From contig OZ245002.1 of assembly GCA_965223415.1 (NCBI GenBank), positions 160,001 to 224,000 on the forward strand: a DNA stretch of 64,000 nucleotides, given 5' to 3'. Both the position numbers and the translations under genes were made by a program. The notes under the pieces are model-generated. The model was not told where the DNA came from. It did no database searches and saw only the letters and a program-made list of their open reading frames with translations. The DNA comes from Myxococcota bacterium. GTDB lineage: Bacteria > Myxococcota_A > UBA9160 > UBA6930. Position 1 is the stretch's first letter, and each line of letters begins with the position of its first letter. This document shows, one piece after another, positions 1-11,501 of the stretch.

Positions 1-1691
1 TCCCTGCCGAGATCCGTGCACCCGCCGGATCCCTGGCCGGTGTGTCCGGCTTCCAGATCCACTTCGCGAGCGAGGACATTCGCACGCCCGCGGACGAGCC
101 GGACGTGCTGGTTGCCCTCAACCCGGCCGCCCTGCGCGCGAACGTCGAGGACCTCCGCCCCGGCGGCATGCTGATCGTCAACAGCGACGCCTTCACGACC
201 AAGAACGTCGAGCGCGCCGGCTACGACGACGACCCGCTGCCGGATCTGGAGGATCGCTTCCGCGTGGTGCAGATCCCGCTGACGGCCCTCAACCGCGAGG
301 CGCTCTCGGACCTCAAGCTGGGCACGCGCGAGACGGACCGCTGCAAGAACTTCTTCGCCCTCGGCCTGATGTACTGGCTCTACAACCGTCCGATCGAGTC
401 GACCCTGCGCTGGCTCGAGAGCAAGTTCCGCGGAGACGTGCTCGAGGCGAACCGCCGGGTCGTGAAGGCCGGCATGCACTTCGGCGAGACCACCGAGCTC
501 TTCCCGGTCTCCTTCACCGTACCCAGGGCGAAGATCCAGCCGGGCACCTACCGCAACATCACCGGCAACCAGGCCCTCGCCTGGGGGATCATCGGCGCCG
601 GCGTGCAGCTCGGTCGCTCGATCTTCCTCGGCGCCTACCCCATCACGCCGGCCAGCGACGTGCTCCACGAGCTGGCCCGCTACCGGCACTTCGGCGTGAA
701 GACCCTCCAGGCCGAGGACGAGATCGCCGCGGCCAGTGCCACGATCGGCGCCGCCTTCGCCGGCCAGCTCAGCGCCTGCACCACCAGCGGCCCCGGCTTC
801 ATCCTGAAGCAGGAGGCGCTGGGCCTCGCCGTCATGACCGAGCTGCCGATGGTCGTGGTCGACATCCAGCGCGCGGGTCCGTCGACGGGCATGCCCACGA
901 AGACCGAACAGGCCGACCTGCTGGCCGCCCTCTACGGGCGCAACTCCGACAGCCCGATCCCGGTGCTCGCCCCCTGCACGCCCGGCGACTGCTTCACGAT
1001 CATGCTCGAGGCCTTCCAGCTGGCCGTGAAGTACATGACGCCGGTAGCGGTCCTCTCCGACGGCTACCTGGCCAACAGCTCGGAGCCCTGGCTCATCCCG
1101 GACGTGAACGCCCTGCCCCGCGGCGAGGTCCGCCATCACCAGGATCCGGAGGGCTTCCTCCCCTACGGCCGCGATCCCGAGACCCTGGCGCGGCCGTGGG
1201 CCGTCCCGGGTACGCCCGGCCTCGAGCACCGCATCGGCGGGCTCGAGAGCGAGGTGGACACGGGCAACGTCTCCTACTCCCCGGAGAACCACGGGCGCAT
1301 GGTGCAGCTGCGAGCCGCGAAGGTGGCGCGCATCGCCCAGGACATCCCGCCCCTCGAGGTGAACGGCGCGGATCGCGGCGAGCTGCTCGTCGTCGGCTGG
1401 GGCGGCACCCACGGCGCGATCACCTCCGCGGTGAACGAGGCCCGAGAGGACGGCCTCGACGTCTCGAGCCTGCACCTCCGTCACCTGAACCCCTTCCCCT
1501 CGGACCTGGGCGAAGTCCTCGCGCGCTTCCGACAGGTGCTCGTCCCGGAGCTCAACTCGGGCCAGCTCCATCGCCTGCTGCGGGCGGAGTTCCTGGTGCC
1601 CGCCGAGAGCCTGTCGAAGGTCCAGGGCCAGCCCTTCAAGGTGAACGAGATCCGCGCGCGCATCGATCGCATGCTCGCGCCCGGGAGCTGA
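1..1691 (+). CDS. korA: 2-oxoacid:ferredoxin oxidoreductase alpha subunit, 5'-truncated by window edge
   Basis: Frame open from base 3 (PAEIRAPAGSLAGVSGFQ). Contains YPITPAS, EDEIAA, TSGPG and QRAGPSTGMPTKTEQ motifs. Followed by the beta subunit. Confidence 0.93.
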   Translation, partial: PAEIRAPAGSLAGVSGFQIHFASEDIRTPADEPDVLVALNPAALRANVEDLRPGGMLIVNSDAFTTKNVERAGYDDDPLPDLEDRFRVVQIPLTALNREALSDLKLGTRETDRCKNFFALGLMYWLYNRPIESTLRWLESKFRGDVLEANRRVVKAGMHFGETTELFPVSFTVPRAKIQPGTYRNITGNQALAWGIIGAGVQLGRSIFLGAYPITPASDVLHELARYRHFGVKTLQAEDEIAAASATIGAAFAGQLSACTTSGPGFILKQEALGLAVMTELPMVVVDIQRAGPSTGMPTKTEQADLLAALYGRNSDSPIPVLAPCTPGDCFTIMLEAFQLAVKYMTPVAVLSDGYLANSSEPWLIPDVNALPRGEVRHHQDPEGFLPYGRDPETLARPWAVPGTPGLEHRIGGLESEVDTGNVSYSPENHGRMVQLRAAKVARIAQDIPPLEVNGADRGELLVVGWGGTHGAITSAVNEAREDGLDVSSLHLRHLNPFPSDLGEVLARFRQVLVPELNSGQLHRLLRAEFLVPAESLSKVQGQPFKVNEIRARIDRMLAPGS

Positions 1692-1693
1692 TC

Positions 1694-2722
<1,029 letters not shown>

Positions 2723-2764
2723 GCCCGAGCCGCCTGCCTCGAGCCGGGCTCCGCTCCGGGCCGC

Positions 2765-3643
2765 CTACCCCGCGAGCTCCGGCGCCCGCTTGGCGAGGGT
2801 GGCGCCGATCTCTGCCGGCGACTTCGCCACGGCGACCCCGGCGGCTTCGAGCGCCGCCATCTTGTCGCTCGCCCGGCCCTTTCCGCCGGCGATGATGGCG
2901 CCGGCGTGGCCCATGCGCTTGCCGGGCGGGGCGTTCTGTCCGGCGATGAAGGCAACCACGGGCTTCGACATCTTCTCCTGGACGAAGCGCGCCGCCTCTT
3001 CCTCTGCCGAGCCCCCGATCTCGCCGATCATCACCACGGCGCGGGTCTCGGAATCCGCCTCGAAGAGGGTGAGGGCGTCGATGAAGGTCGTGCCGATCAC
3101 CGGATCGCCGCCGATGCCGACGCAGGTGGACTGGCCGATACCGAGGCGGGAGAGCTGGTCGACGGCCTCGTAGGTGAGCGTTCCGGAGCGGGAGACCACG
3201 CCCACGGGGCCCGGGCGGGTGATCTGTGCCGGCATGATGCCGATGCGGCACTGCTCGGGCGTCACGACGCCGGGGCAGTTCGGCCCGACGAGGCGCGTCC
3301 GACCGCCGGCCATGGCGCGCTTGGCCTTGGCCATGTCGACGGCGGGGATGCCCTCGGTGATGCAACAGGTGAGGTCGAGGCCCGCGTCCGCCGCCTCGAG
3401 GATCGCGTCCGCCGCGCCCGCCGGCGGGACGAAGATGGCGGAGGCGTTGGCGCCGGTCTTGTCGACGGCCTCGCTGACGGTCGCGAAGACCGGGATGCCC
3501 TCGATGGTGGTGCCGGCCTTGGTCGGGTGAACGCCACCCACCACCTGGGTGCCGTACTCGGCGGAGAGACCCGCATGGAACTGGCCCATGCGGCCCATGC
3601 CCTGGATCAGGAGCTTGGTGTTCTTGTCGGCGAGGATCGCCAT
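2765..3643 (-). CDS. sucD: Succinate--CoA ligase alpha subunit
   Basis: [20 protein letters not shown] and the RMGHAGA phospho-His motif. Confidence 0.97.
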   Translation of the reverse strand: MAILADKNTKLLIQGMGRMGQFHAGLSAEYGTQVVGGVHPTKAGTTIEGIPVFATVSEAVDKTGANASAIFVPPAGAADAILEAADAGLDLTCCITEGIPAVDMAKAKRAMAGGRTRLVGPNCPGVVTPEQCRIGIMPAQITRPGPVGVVSRSGTLTYEAVDQLSRLGIGQSTCVGIGGDPVIGTTFIDALTLFEADSETRAVVMIGEIGGSAEEEAARFVQEKMSKPVVAFIAGQNAPPGKRMGHAGAIIAGGKGRASDKMAALEAAGVAVAKSPAEIGATLAKRAPELAG

Positions 3644-3646
3644 GCC

Positions 3647-4813
3647 TCAGGCCCCCCGGGCCGCAGCGACGGCCTTCTCGCCCGCTTCCTGCAGGGTCTC
3701 GGCGGGCGTGATGTCGAGACCGCTGTCGGCCATGATCTTCCGGCCTTCCTCTGCGTTGTTGCCCTGCAGCCTCACGACGAGAGGCACCTCGATGCCGAGC
3801 TCGCCCGCCGCCGCGACCACGCCCTCGGCGATCAGGTCGCAGCGCACGATACCGCCGAAGATGTTCACCAGGATGGCCTTCACCTTCTCGTCCTGGAGGA
3901 TGAGCTTGAAGGCCTCCTTCACCTTCTCCTTGTCGGCGCCACCGCCGGCGTCGAGGAAGTTGGCCGGGCTGCCTCCGCACACGGCGATCATGTCGAGGGT
4001 GGCCATCGCCAGCCCCGCACCGTTCACCATGCAGCCGATGTCACCGTCCAGGCCCACGTAGGCCAGGTCGATCTCCTTGGCCGCGCGCTCTCGAGGGTCC
4101 TCTTCGTCCGGATCGCGAAGCTCCGCGATGTCCGGGTGCCGGAAGAGCGCGTTGTCGTCGAAGTTGAGCTTGCCATCGAGGGCGAGGAGCTCTCCCTCCT
4201 CGGTGACGACCAGCGGGTTGATCTCGACCAGCGAGGCGTCCTTCTCGATGAACAGGCGGTAGAGGCTCTTCAGAAAGGTGTCGAGCTTCGCGGCCTGGGC
4301 CGGGTCGAGCTCGAGGGCTGCCGCGATCTTGCGCACCTGGAAGCCCTGCAGGCCGGCATTCGGATCGACGAACTCGGTGTGGATGCGCTCGGGCGTGCTC
4401 TCGGCCACCTCTTCGATGTCCATGCCGCCCTCGGTCGACGCGATGATCGCGAAGTCCTCGGTCGCCCGGTCGAGGGTGAGCGCCAGGTACAGCTCGCGGG
4501 CGATGTCCGAGCCCGCTTCCACGTAGACCTTGCGCACGAGCTTGCCCTCGGGACCGGTCTGGTGGGTGACGAGGGTCATCCCCAGGATGTCGCTCGCGTG
4601 CTGCTTCGCCTCGGCGGGGCTCTTCGCCAGCTTCACGCCGCCGCCCTTGCCACGGCCGCCGGCGTGCACCTGGGCCTTCACCACCGTCACCGCGGTGCCG
4701 AGCCGCTTGGCCGCGTCCTCCGCCTCCGCAGGGGTCGTGGCGAGGTGCCCCTCGGGCACTGCCACCCCGTAGGCGCGGAACAGCTCCTTCGCCTGGTACT
4801 CGTGGACGTTCAT
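3647..4813 (-). CDS. sucC: Succinate--CoA ligase beta subunit
   Basis: MNVHEYQAK start, [33 protein letters not shown]. Confidence 0.97.
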   Translation of the reverse strand: MNVHEYQAKELFRAYGVAVPEGHLATTPAEAEDAAKRLGTAVTVVKAQVHAGGRGKGGGVKLAKSPAEAKQHASDILGMTLVTHQTGPEGKLVRKVYVEAGSDIARELYLALTLDRATEDFAIIASTEGGMDIEEVAESTPERIHTEFVDPNAGLQGFQVRKIAAALELDPAQAAKLDTFLKSLYRLFIEKDASLVEINPLVVTEEGELLALDGKLNFDDNALFRHPDIAELRDPDEEDPRERAAKEIDLAYVGLDGDIGCMVNGAGLAMATLDMIAVCGGSPANFLDAGGGADKEKVKEAFKLILQDEKVKAILVNIFGGIVRCDLIAEGVVAAAGELGIEVPLVVRLQGNNAEEGRKIMADSGLDITPAETLQEAGEKAVAAARGA

Positions 4814-4821
4814 GAGCGCGC

Positions 4822-5820
<999 letters not shown>

Positions 5821-5842
5821 CTACCCCGCATCCCGTGATGGC

Positions 5843-6124
5843 CTACTGGCTCGTGAGGGCCTTGGCCTCGCGGCGGAGCTCCGCCGCCCGCTCCGGGTCG
5901 ATCTCCGGAATCGCCAGCTGCTGGCCGGGATAGACCCGGGAGGGGTCCTTGATCTGGTCCCGGTTGGCCAGGTAGAGGGCCGGCCAGAGGGTCGGATCGC
6001 CGACGGTCTCGCCGGCGATGTGCCACAGGGTCTCCCCGTCGCGAACGGTGTGGGTGCGCCCGGCCTGGGCGCGCTGGGGCGTGGCGGGCATGAGGAGCGC
6101 CAACGCCGCCAGGAACAGCAGCAT
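5843..6124 (-). CDS. Small secreted LysM peptidoglycan-binding protein
   Basis: Signal peptide MLLFLAALALL..AQA, then HTVRDGETLWHIA...WPALYLANRDQIKDPSRVYPGQQLAIP. Alternative GTG start at 6142. Confidence 0.85.
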   Translation of the reverse strand: MLLFLAALALLMPATPQRAQAGRTHTVRDGETLWHIAGETVGDPTLWPALYLANRDQIKDPSRVYPGQQLAIPEIDPERAAELRREAKALTSQ

Positions 6125-6162
6125 GCGTCGCAGGCTCAGCACTCCGTGCGGAGGCCGCAAGC

Positions 6163-8007
6163 TCAGCGCTCCGAACGGCGGACGCGCAAGTGCAGCTCCT
6201 CGAGCTGCTCGCGGTCCACCTCCGAGGGCGCGTCCATCAGCAGGTCCTGGCCACGCTGGGTCTTCGGGAAGGCCACGACGTCGCGCAGGCTCTCTGCTCC
6301 GGTGAGCACCATCACGGTCCGATCGTACCCGAAGGCGAAGCCGCCATGGGGCGGCGCGCCGGCCTCGAGGGCATTCAGCAGGAAGCCGAAGGAGGCTTCC
6401 ATCTCGTCCTTGGGGTAGCCGATGATCTCCAGGATCCGGCGCTGGACGTCGGCCCGGTGGTTTCTCAGGCTGCCCGAGCCCAGCTCGGTGCCGTTGAGCA
6501 CCAGGTCGTAGTGGGTCGCCCTCACCCGCTCCGGCGCCGTCTCGAGGAGCGGGAGGTCCTCGTCCATCGGCGCGACGAAGGGCATGTGCATCCAGGTGAG
6601 CCCCCCCTTCTCGTCGCGCTCGAAGAGGGGGAAGTCGACCACGAAGAGCGGGTCCCAGGCGCGCCCATCGGTGCGGCCCAGGCGTTCTCCCAGGTCGACC
6701 CGTAGCCGGGCCAGGATGGCGTTCGCCCGGTCGGCGGCGTCGGCCTGAAAGAAGACCAGGCTGCCCGGGCGGGCCTCGGTCCGTTCCTGGATCGCCTCGC
6801 GCTCGGCGTCGGAGAGGAACTTCACGATCGGCGACTGCCAGCTGCCGTCGGCGGTCACGCGGATCCAGGCCAGGCCCTTCGCGCCGAGCTCCTTCTTCAC
6901 GAACTTCTCGAGGCGATCCACGTCGCCGCGGGAGAGCGCGTCGGCGTCGTGGACGGGCAGGCACTTCACGATGCCGCCGGCGTCGACCGCGGCGCGGAAG
7001 GCGCGGAACTCGCTCTCGGCGAAGAGGTCGGTCAGCTCCACCAGCTCGAGCTGGATGCGGGTATCGGGGCGATCGACGCCGAAGCGGTCCATCGCCTCCG
7101 CCCAGGACATGCGCGGGAACGGACGCGGCAGGTCCACACCGGCGCCATCCCGGCAGGTGCGGCAGGTCACCTCCTCGAGCACCTCGAGCACGTCCTCGAC
7201 GCCGATGAAGGACATCTCCAGGTCGACCTGCGTGAATTCGAGCTGGCGGTCCGCGCGCTGGTCCTCGTCCCGGAAGCAGCGGGCGATCTGGAAGTAGCGA
7301 TCGAAGCCCGCGATCATGAAGAGCTGCTTCATGAGCTGCGGCGACTGGGGCAACGCGTAGAACTCCCCGGCCTGGTAGCGGCTCGGGACCAGGAAGTCCC
7401 GCGCACCCTCCGGCGTCGCCCGGGCGAGGATCGGCGTCTCGATCTCGAGGAAGCCCAGCTCCGAGAGCGTCTGCCGGAACACCTGCGCCAGCCGGTGGCG
7501 CATCTGGAGTGTCCGCTGGTGGACGGGACGCCGCAGATCGTGGACGCGGTGACGCAGGCGGATCGCCTCATCCACTCCCGGATCGTCCTCGATCGGAAAC
7601 GGGGGCGGCACCGCCGCGTTCAGCACGCGGAGCTCGGCGGCCTCGACCTCCACCTCGCCGGTGGGCATCTCCGGGTTCACGTTCTCGGGCTCGCGCCGCA
7701 CCACCCGGCCGCGGGCCAGGATGACGAACTCCGTGCGCAGCTCGTCGGCGCGACGGTGCACGGTGGGATCCGTATCGGGCCGGAACACCACCTGCAGCCG
7801 CCCGGTGCGGTCGCGCACGTCCGCGAAGATCACACCCCCGTGGTCGCGGTGGCCATGGACCCAGCCCGCTACCACCACCTCTTCGCCCACCTGGGCTGTG
7901 CCGACCTCGCCGCAGCCGTGGCTACGGCGCAGCATGCCCATGCCGTCGAGACGGACCTCCTGGCGTCCGCCCAGAGCGGATCCTTCGGCAGACGGCGGCT
8001 CGCTCAC
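6163..8007 (-). CDS. aspS: Aspartate--tRNA ligase
   Basis: TPEGARDFLVPSR, LPQSPQ, RCFRDED and APPHGG motifs. Start may be slightly downstream. Confidence 0.97.
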   Translation of the reverse strand: MSEPPSAEGSALGGRQEVRLDGMGMLRRSHGCGEVGTAQVGEEVVVAGWVHGHRDHGGVIFADVRDRTGRLQVVFRPDTDPTVHRRADELRTEFVILARGRVVRREPENVNPEMPTGEVEVEAAELRVLNAAVPPPFPIEDDPGVDEAIRLRHRVHDLRRPVHQRTLQMRHRLAQVFRQTLSELGFLEIETPILARATPEGARDFLVPSRYQAGEFYALPQSPQLMKQLFMIAGFDRYFQIARCFRDEDQRADRQLEFTQVDLEMSFIGVEDVLEVLEEVTCRTCRDGAGVDLPRPFPRMSWAEAMDRFGVDRPDTRIQLELVELTDLFAESEFRAFRAAVDAGGIVKCLPVHDADALSRGDVDRLEKFVKKELGAKGLAWIRVTADGSWQSPIVKFLSDAEREAIQERTEARPGSLVFFQADAADRANAILARLRVDLGERLGRTDGRAWDPLFVVDFPLFERDEKGGLTWMHMPFVAPMDEDLPLLETAPERVRATHYDLVLNGTELGSGSLRNHRADVQRRILEIIGYPKDEMEASFGFLLNALEAGAPPHGGFAFGYDRTVMVLTGAESLRDVVAFPKTQRGQDLLMDAPSEVDREQLEELHLRVRRSER

Positions 8008-8101
8008 GGTTCCTCTCGCGGGCGAAGGGGGAGGGAAAACGGCTTGAAAAACGCGAGGTTGGTTAGCAGAGGGGGCTGCCCCCCGCCAACCCGGTGGGCG
8101 C

Positions 8102-9493
8102 TCAGTCGAGCTCGCTGGCCGAGCACACGCGATTGCGCCCGTTGGACTTGGCCCGGTACATCGCCTTGTCGGCCGCGTCGAGCAGCTCCTCGCGGCTGCA
8201 GCCGTGGGCCGGGTAGGCGGCGACGCCGATGCTGCAGGTTACCTGGAGGGTCACGCCGTCGCTCGCCTCGAAGGGCGTGGCCTCAACGGTATGGCGGATC
8301 CGCTCGGCGATCGTGAGGGCGACCTCCTCCTCGGTGTCGACCAGGATCACGGTGAACTCGTCGCCCCCGTAGCGGGCCACGGTATCGACCGTGCGCACGC
8401 ACTGCAGCAGCACCTGGGCGAGCTGGCGCAGGGCCCCGGAGCCGACCAGATGGCCGTGTCGATCGTTCACCAGCTTGAAGCGGTCGAGGTCGAGGAACAG
8501 GACCGAGAGCGCGCTGCCGTACCGCTCGGCCCGGCGCACCTCCCGATCCGTGGCCTCGAGCAGGTAGCGGGCGTTGTACAGGTCGGTCACGTCGTCGACG
8601 AACGCCCGCTCGCGGGCCCGGTGGTACCGCTCGGCGTTCTGCAAGGCGACCGAGGCGAAGCTCGCCACGATGGCGGCACGCGTCACCGCATCGTCCGAGA
8701 ACGGCTGCTCCGCGTCCACGATGCAGAAGAGCCCGGTCTCGGTGTCGTCGCCCCGGACCGGCACCACGAGCGCCTCGTGCACCGGCACCCGAGCCTCGCG
8801 GAGGGCGTCCACGAAGGGGCCGTCGGCATGGCGCGTGGGCCCGTCCTCGCCCTCCAGGGCCAGGCGCTTGCCTCGCACGAGCAGGTCGCGAAGCGGTGCC
8901 TCCGCCGCCTCGTCGATGCCGCGAGCGTGGAAGCCGTCCGAGCCGGGCAGGGACGAGCGCGCGTAGAGACAGAATCCGGCCCGGGCACCCATGGCCTGCA
9001 CGACCAGGTCGAGGCCCACGGCGAACACGTCCTCCGGCTCGAGGCAGGACGTCAGCGTCTTGCACGCCTCGAAGACGCTCAGCTCGTCCTGCAGACGCCG
9101 GTTCTCGGCGAGGAGGCCACGGCGTGCCATCGTGCGCTCGGCGACCAGGATCAGGTCCGCGGCGCGCACGGGCTTCTGGAGGTAGTCGGCCGCGCCCATG
9201 CGAAGCGCCTCCACGGCGCTGTCGACGGAGGCGTGGGCCGTCATCAGGACGAAGTCCGTTCCCGGGTACTGGCGCCGCACGAGCTGCAGCAGCTCGAGAC
9301 CGCTCAGCCCGGGCATCGAGAGATCCGAGAGCACGAGATCCGCCGGCTCGCGAGCCAGGGCCTCGAGCGCCTCCTGCGCATCCGCGCAGCCTTCGACCTC
9401 CGCTCGGGAGCACAGCACGTCCGTGGCCAGCTCCCGGTAGTAGCGGCTGTCGTCGACGACCAGAATACGAGGACGCGGACCGCCCTCGGCCAT
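8102..9493 (-). CDS. Diguanylate cyclase with REC and GAF domains
   Basis: ATG at 9493 (MAEGGPRPRILVVDD). REC with phospho-Asp (LSDLSMP), GAF-like middle, RYGGDEF active site, RTVD inhibitory RxxD site. Confidence 0.92.
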   Translation of the reverse strand: MAEGGPRPRILVVDDSRYYRELATDVLCSRAEVEGCADAQEALEALAREPADLVLSDLSMPGLSGLELLQLVRRQYPGTDFVLMTAHASVDSAVEALRMGAADYLQKPVRAADLILVAERTMARRGLLAENRRLQDELSVFEACKTLTSCLEPEDVFAVGLDLVVQAMGARAGFCLYARSSLPGSDGFHARGIDEAAEAPLRDLLVRGKRLALEGEDGPTRHADGPFVDALREARVPVHEALVVPVRGDDTETGLFCIVDAEQPFSDDAVTRAAIVASFASVALQNAERYHRARERAFVDDVTDLYNARYLLEATDREVRRAERYGSALSVLFLDLDRFKLVNDRHGHLVGSGALRQLAQVLLQCVRTVDTVARYGGDEFTVILVDTEEEVALTIAERIRHTVEATPFEASDGVTLQVTCSIGVAAYPAHGCSREELLDAADKAMYRAKSNGRNRVCSASELD

Positions 9494-9810
9494 GAAGCCT
9501 CCCTCGAATCCCTTCAGCTTCCCGAAATCGGCGCTGCGGCCAAGCCCCTTGAGAAGGAGGGAGCTTCCCCGCGGGGAATCGATGGACGAGGTTGGGGCGT
9601 CTCTTGCCGGCACCGGGGCGGGGCCGGGGAGGGGGTGGCTGTTGCTTCCGCTCCTCGCTTCGAGGTGGGGCGAGGCGTTGGCCCCTGTGGCCAGGGACCG
9701 GGAGGCGTTGCACGACGAGGGCGCCGGGAAGCCAAGGAGACCAGCGGAGCGTGCCGTCACCCGCCCCCGGCCCGGTGCCCGCAAGAGACGCCCCGAAAGA
9801 AATCCCCGGC

Positions 9811-11295
9811 TCAGTGCCCAGCGTCCGCCAGCTCCAGGCTCTTCTTCGGCGTCACCGCCGCCCACGACCTACCAGCATCCTCCGAGCGCAGGACCATGCC
9901 GCGCTGGCCGACGATGTAGCCCGTGTCCCCCTGGAAGGAGACGTCGCGCATGAAGGTGAAGATGGTGCGGAAGATGGGGTCGGATGATTCCTGCCAGGTC
10001 TTGCCGCCGTCTCCGGTCAGCCGGATGAGCCCCTTCTCGCCCACGACCACCGCCTTCTCGCCGGAGAAGGGGTGGACCGAGAAGATCGCCTGCTTGCGGC
10101 CGATGTCCTCGTAGGTCCAGGTGCGACCCCCGTCGTGGCTGCGCAACACCACGCCGCCCAGGCCGGAGATGTAGCCGTCGTTCTCGTCGGCGAAGCGAAC
10201 GCTGAAGAGGTAGGGGTTCTGGGCGATGGTCACCTCGATCTGCGGCTGGTCGGCGGTGCGGCCGTCGAAGTAACGCTTCAGGAACTCCGGATCGTCCTCG
10301 AGGAAGTCCTCGTAGTCCCAGGGCGGCGCGCCGCGGCGGCGGATGCGGTCCGACAGGACGCCGGCGTCCTCGATCGCGGACTGCACCTCCTGGGTGCGTG
10401 CCTCGATGATCTCGAACAGCGGGAAGGGATCCGACTCCTTGCCGAAGGCCCTCACCTCGGCCGCCGAGACCCGCGGCTGGATCGCGATGTTCAGGTGCTG
10501 CTGGTCGGCGATCTGCTGGGCAAAGTTGCCGATGGTCGCCTTGTCGTCGTCGGTGATCTCGATCGAGTTGTAGGCGAGAGGGATCGGGTCGACCTTCACC
10601 CCCGAGAGGATCTCGCCTCGCTCCCAGCTATCGGCGCCGTCCTCGCTCCGGAAGAGATAGGCGAACTCGCCGATGATCCAGCAGTGCTCGGAGTTCGAGG
10701 CCAGGCAGGAGACGTCGTTCAGCCCGACGTCCTCGAACACGGCCTCGCCGTTGCGCACGCGCTCCTGGTCGAAGATCGAGAGCCACACGAACTGGGGATG
10801 GGTCTCGTCGACGGTGAGCGAATCGTCACGCCAGGTCTTGCCGCCGTCCTTGGTGACGATGATCGTGCCCCACTCACCGACGGCCACGGCCCGCAGCGGA
10901 TCGATGGCCTGCACCGAGAACAGGTGGACGCCCTGCTCGTCCTTCGGCGTGCTCTGCTGGCTCCAGGTCTGACCGCCGTCGTCCGTGTAGAGCACGAGGC
11001 CGAGCTGGCCGACCGCCCAGCCGACCTTGTCGTCGGCCATGCTGATGTCGTAGATCAGGCTCTTGGTGGGCGTCGTCGCCTTGCTCCAGCTCGCGCCACC
11101 ATCGGTGCTGCGGTAGATCGCGCCCCAGTAGCCGGAAGCCAGCACGTTGTCACCGGACACGACCGACACCGCGAACAGATCGTCGAGGATGTCGATCTGG
11201 CCCGAGGCGGTACGCGGTTCGAAGTGGACCTCGTGACAGGCCACGCTGAACAGCAGGCTGGCGGCCAGCAGGGGGAGGACGCGGCGGTGGCGCAT
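9811..11295 (-). CDS. YCF48-like BNR-repeat beta-propeller lipoprotein with an inserted domain
   Basis: Lipobox-like FSVAC and repeated S/T-x-D-G-G-x-T/S-W Asp-boxes. Lies downstream of the DUF1329 gene. Confidence 0.85.
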   Translation of the reverse strand: MRHRRVLPLLAASLLFSVACHEVHFEPRTASGQIDILDDLFAVSVVSGDNVLASGYWGAIYRSTDGGASWSKATTPTKSLIYDISMADDKVGWAVGQLGLVLYTDDGGQTWSQQSTPKDEQGVHLFSVQAIDPLRAVAVGEWGTIIVTKDGGKTWRDDSLTVDETHPQFVWLSIFDQERVRNGEAVFEDVGLNDVSCLASNSEHCWIIGEFAYLFRSEDGADSWERGEILSGVKVDPIPLAYNSIEITDDDKATIGNFAQQIADQQHLNIAIQPRVSAAEVRAFGKESDPFPLFEIIEARTQEVQSAIEDAGVLSDRIRRRGAPPWDYEDFLEDDPEFLKRYFDGRTADQPQIEVTIAQNPYLFSVRFADENDGYISGLGGVVLRSHDGGRTWTYEDIGRKQAIFSVHPFSGEKAVVVGEKGLIRLTGDGGKTWQESSDPIFRTIFTFMRDVSFQGDTGYIVGQRGMVLRSEDAGRSWAAVTPKKSLELADAGH

Positions 11296-11355
11296 GGTCG
11301 TTGCCCTTTCGAACGGTGAGCCGGAGTGGCAGGACGGCCAGGATCTGGACGGAGC

Positions 11356-11364
11356 ATGCTACCA
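11356..11364 (-). promoter_or_regulatory. Candidate extended -10 element (TGGTAGCAT) for the YCF48-like gene
   Basis: Matches TGnTAnnnT about 60 nt upstream of the start codon in GC-rich intergenic DNA. Confidence 0.4.
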
Positions 11365-11424
11365 CGCCCCGCCCCAGGGGACACCAGCCGGCGCCCGACG
11401 GATTCGCCCGCAGCCGAACGTGAA

Positions 11425-11453
11425 CGGGCCGGGACCCTGTGGGTCCCGGCCCG
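11425..11453 (-). terminator. GC-rich hairpin downstream of the DUF1329 gene
   Basis: CGGGCCGGGACCC-TGT-GGGTCCCGGCCCG, a perfect 13-bp stem with a weak U-tract. A second 9-bp hairpin lies at 11468-11488. Confidence 0.55.
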
Positions 11454-11501
11454 CACGGCGTTCGGCCGCTCGGCCCCGGGGGCCGAGCCGAGCCGGAGCC
11501 C

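Noticed and set aside
9494..9810. Riboswitch or sRNA upstream of the diguanylate cyclase
   Set aside because: The 317-bp GC-rich gap has no recognisable conserved motif. It cannot be supported without an Rfam/Infernal search.
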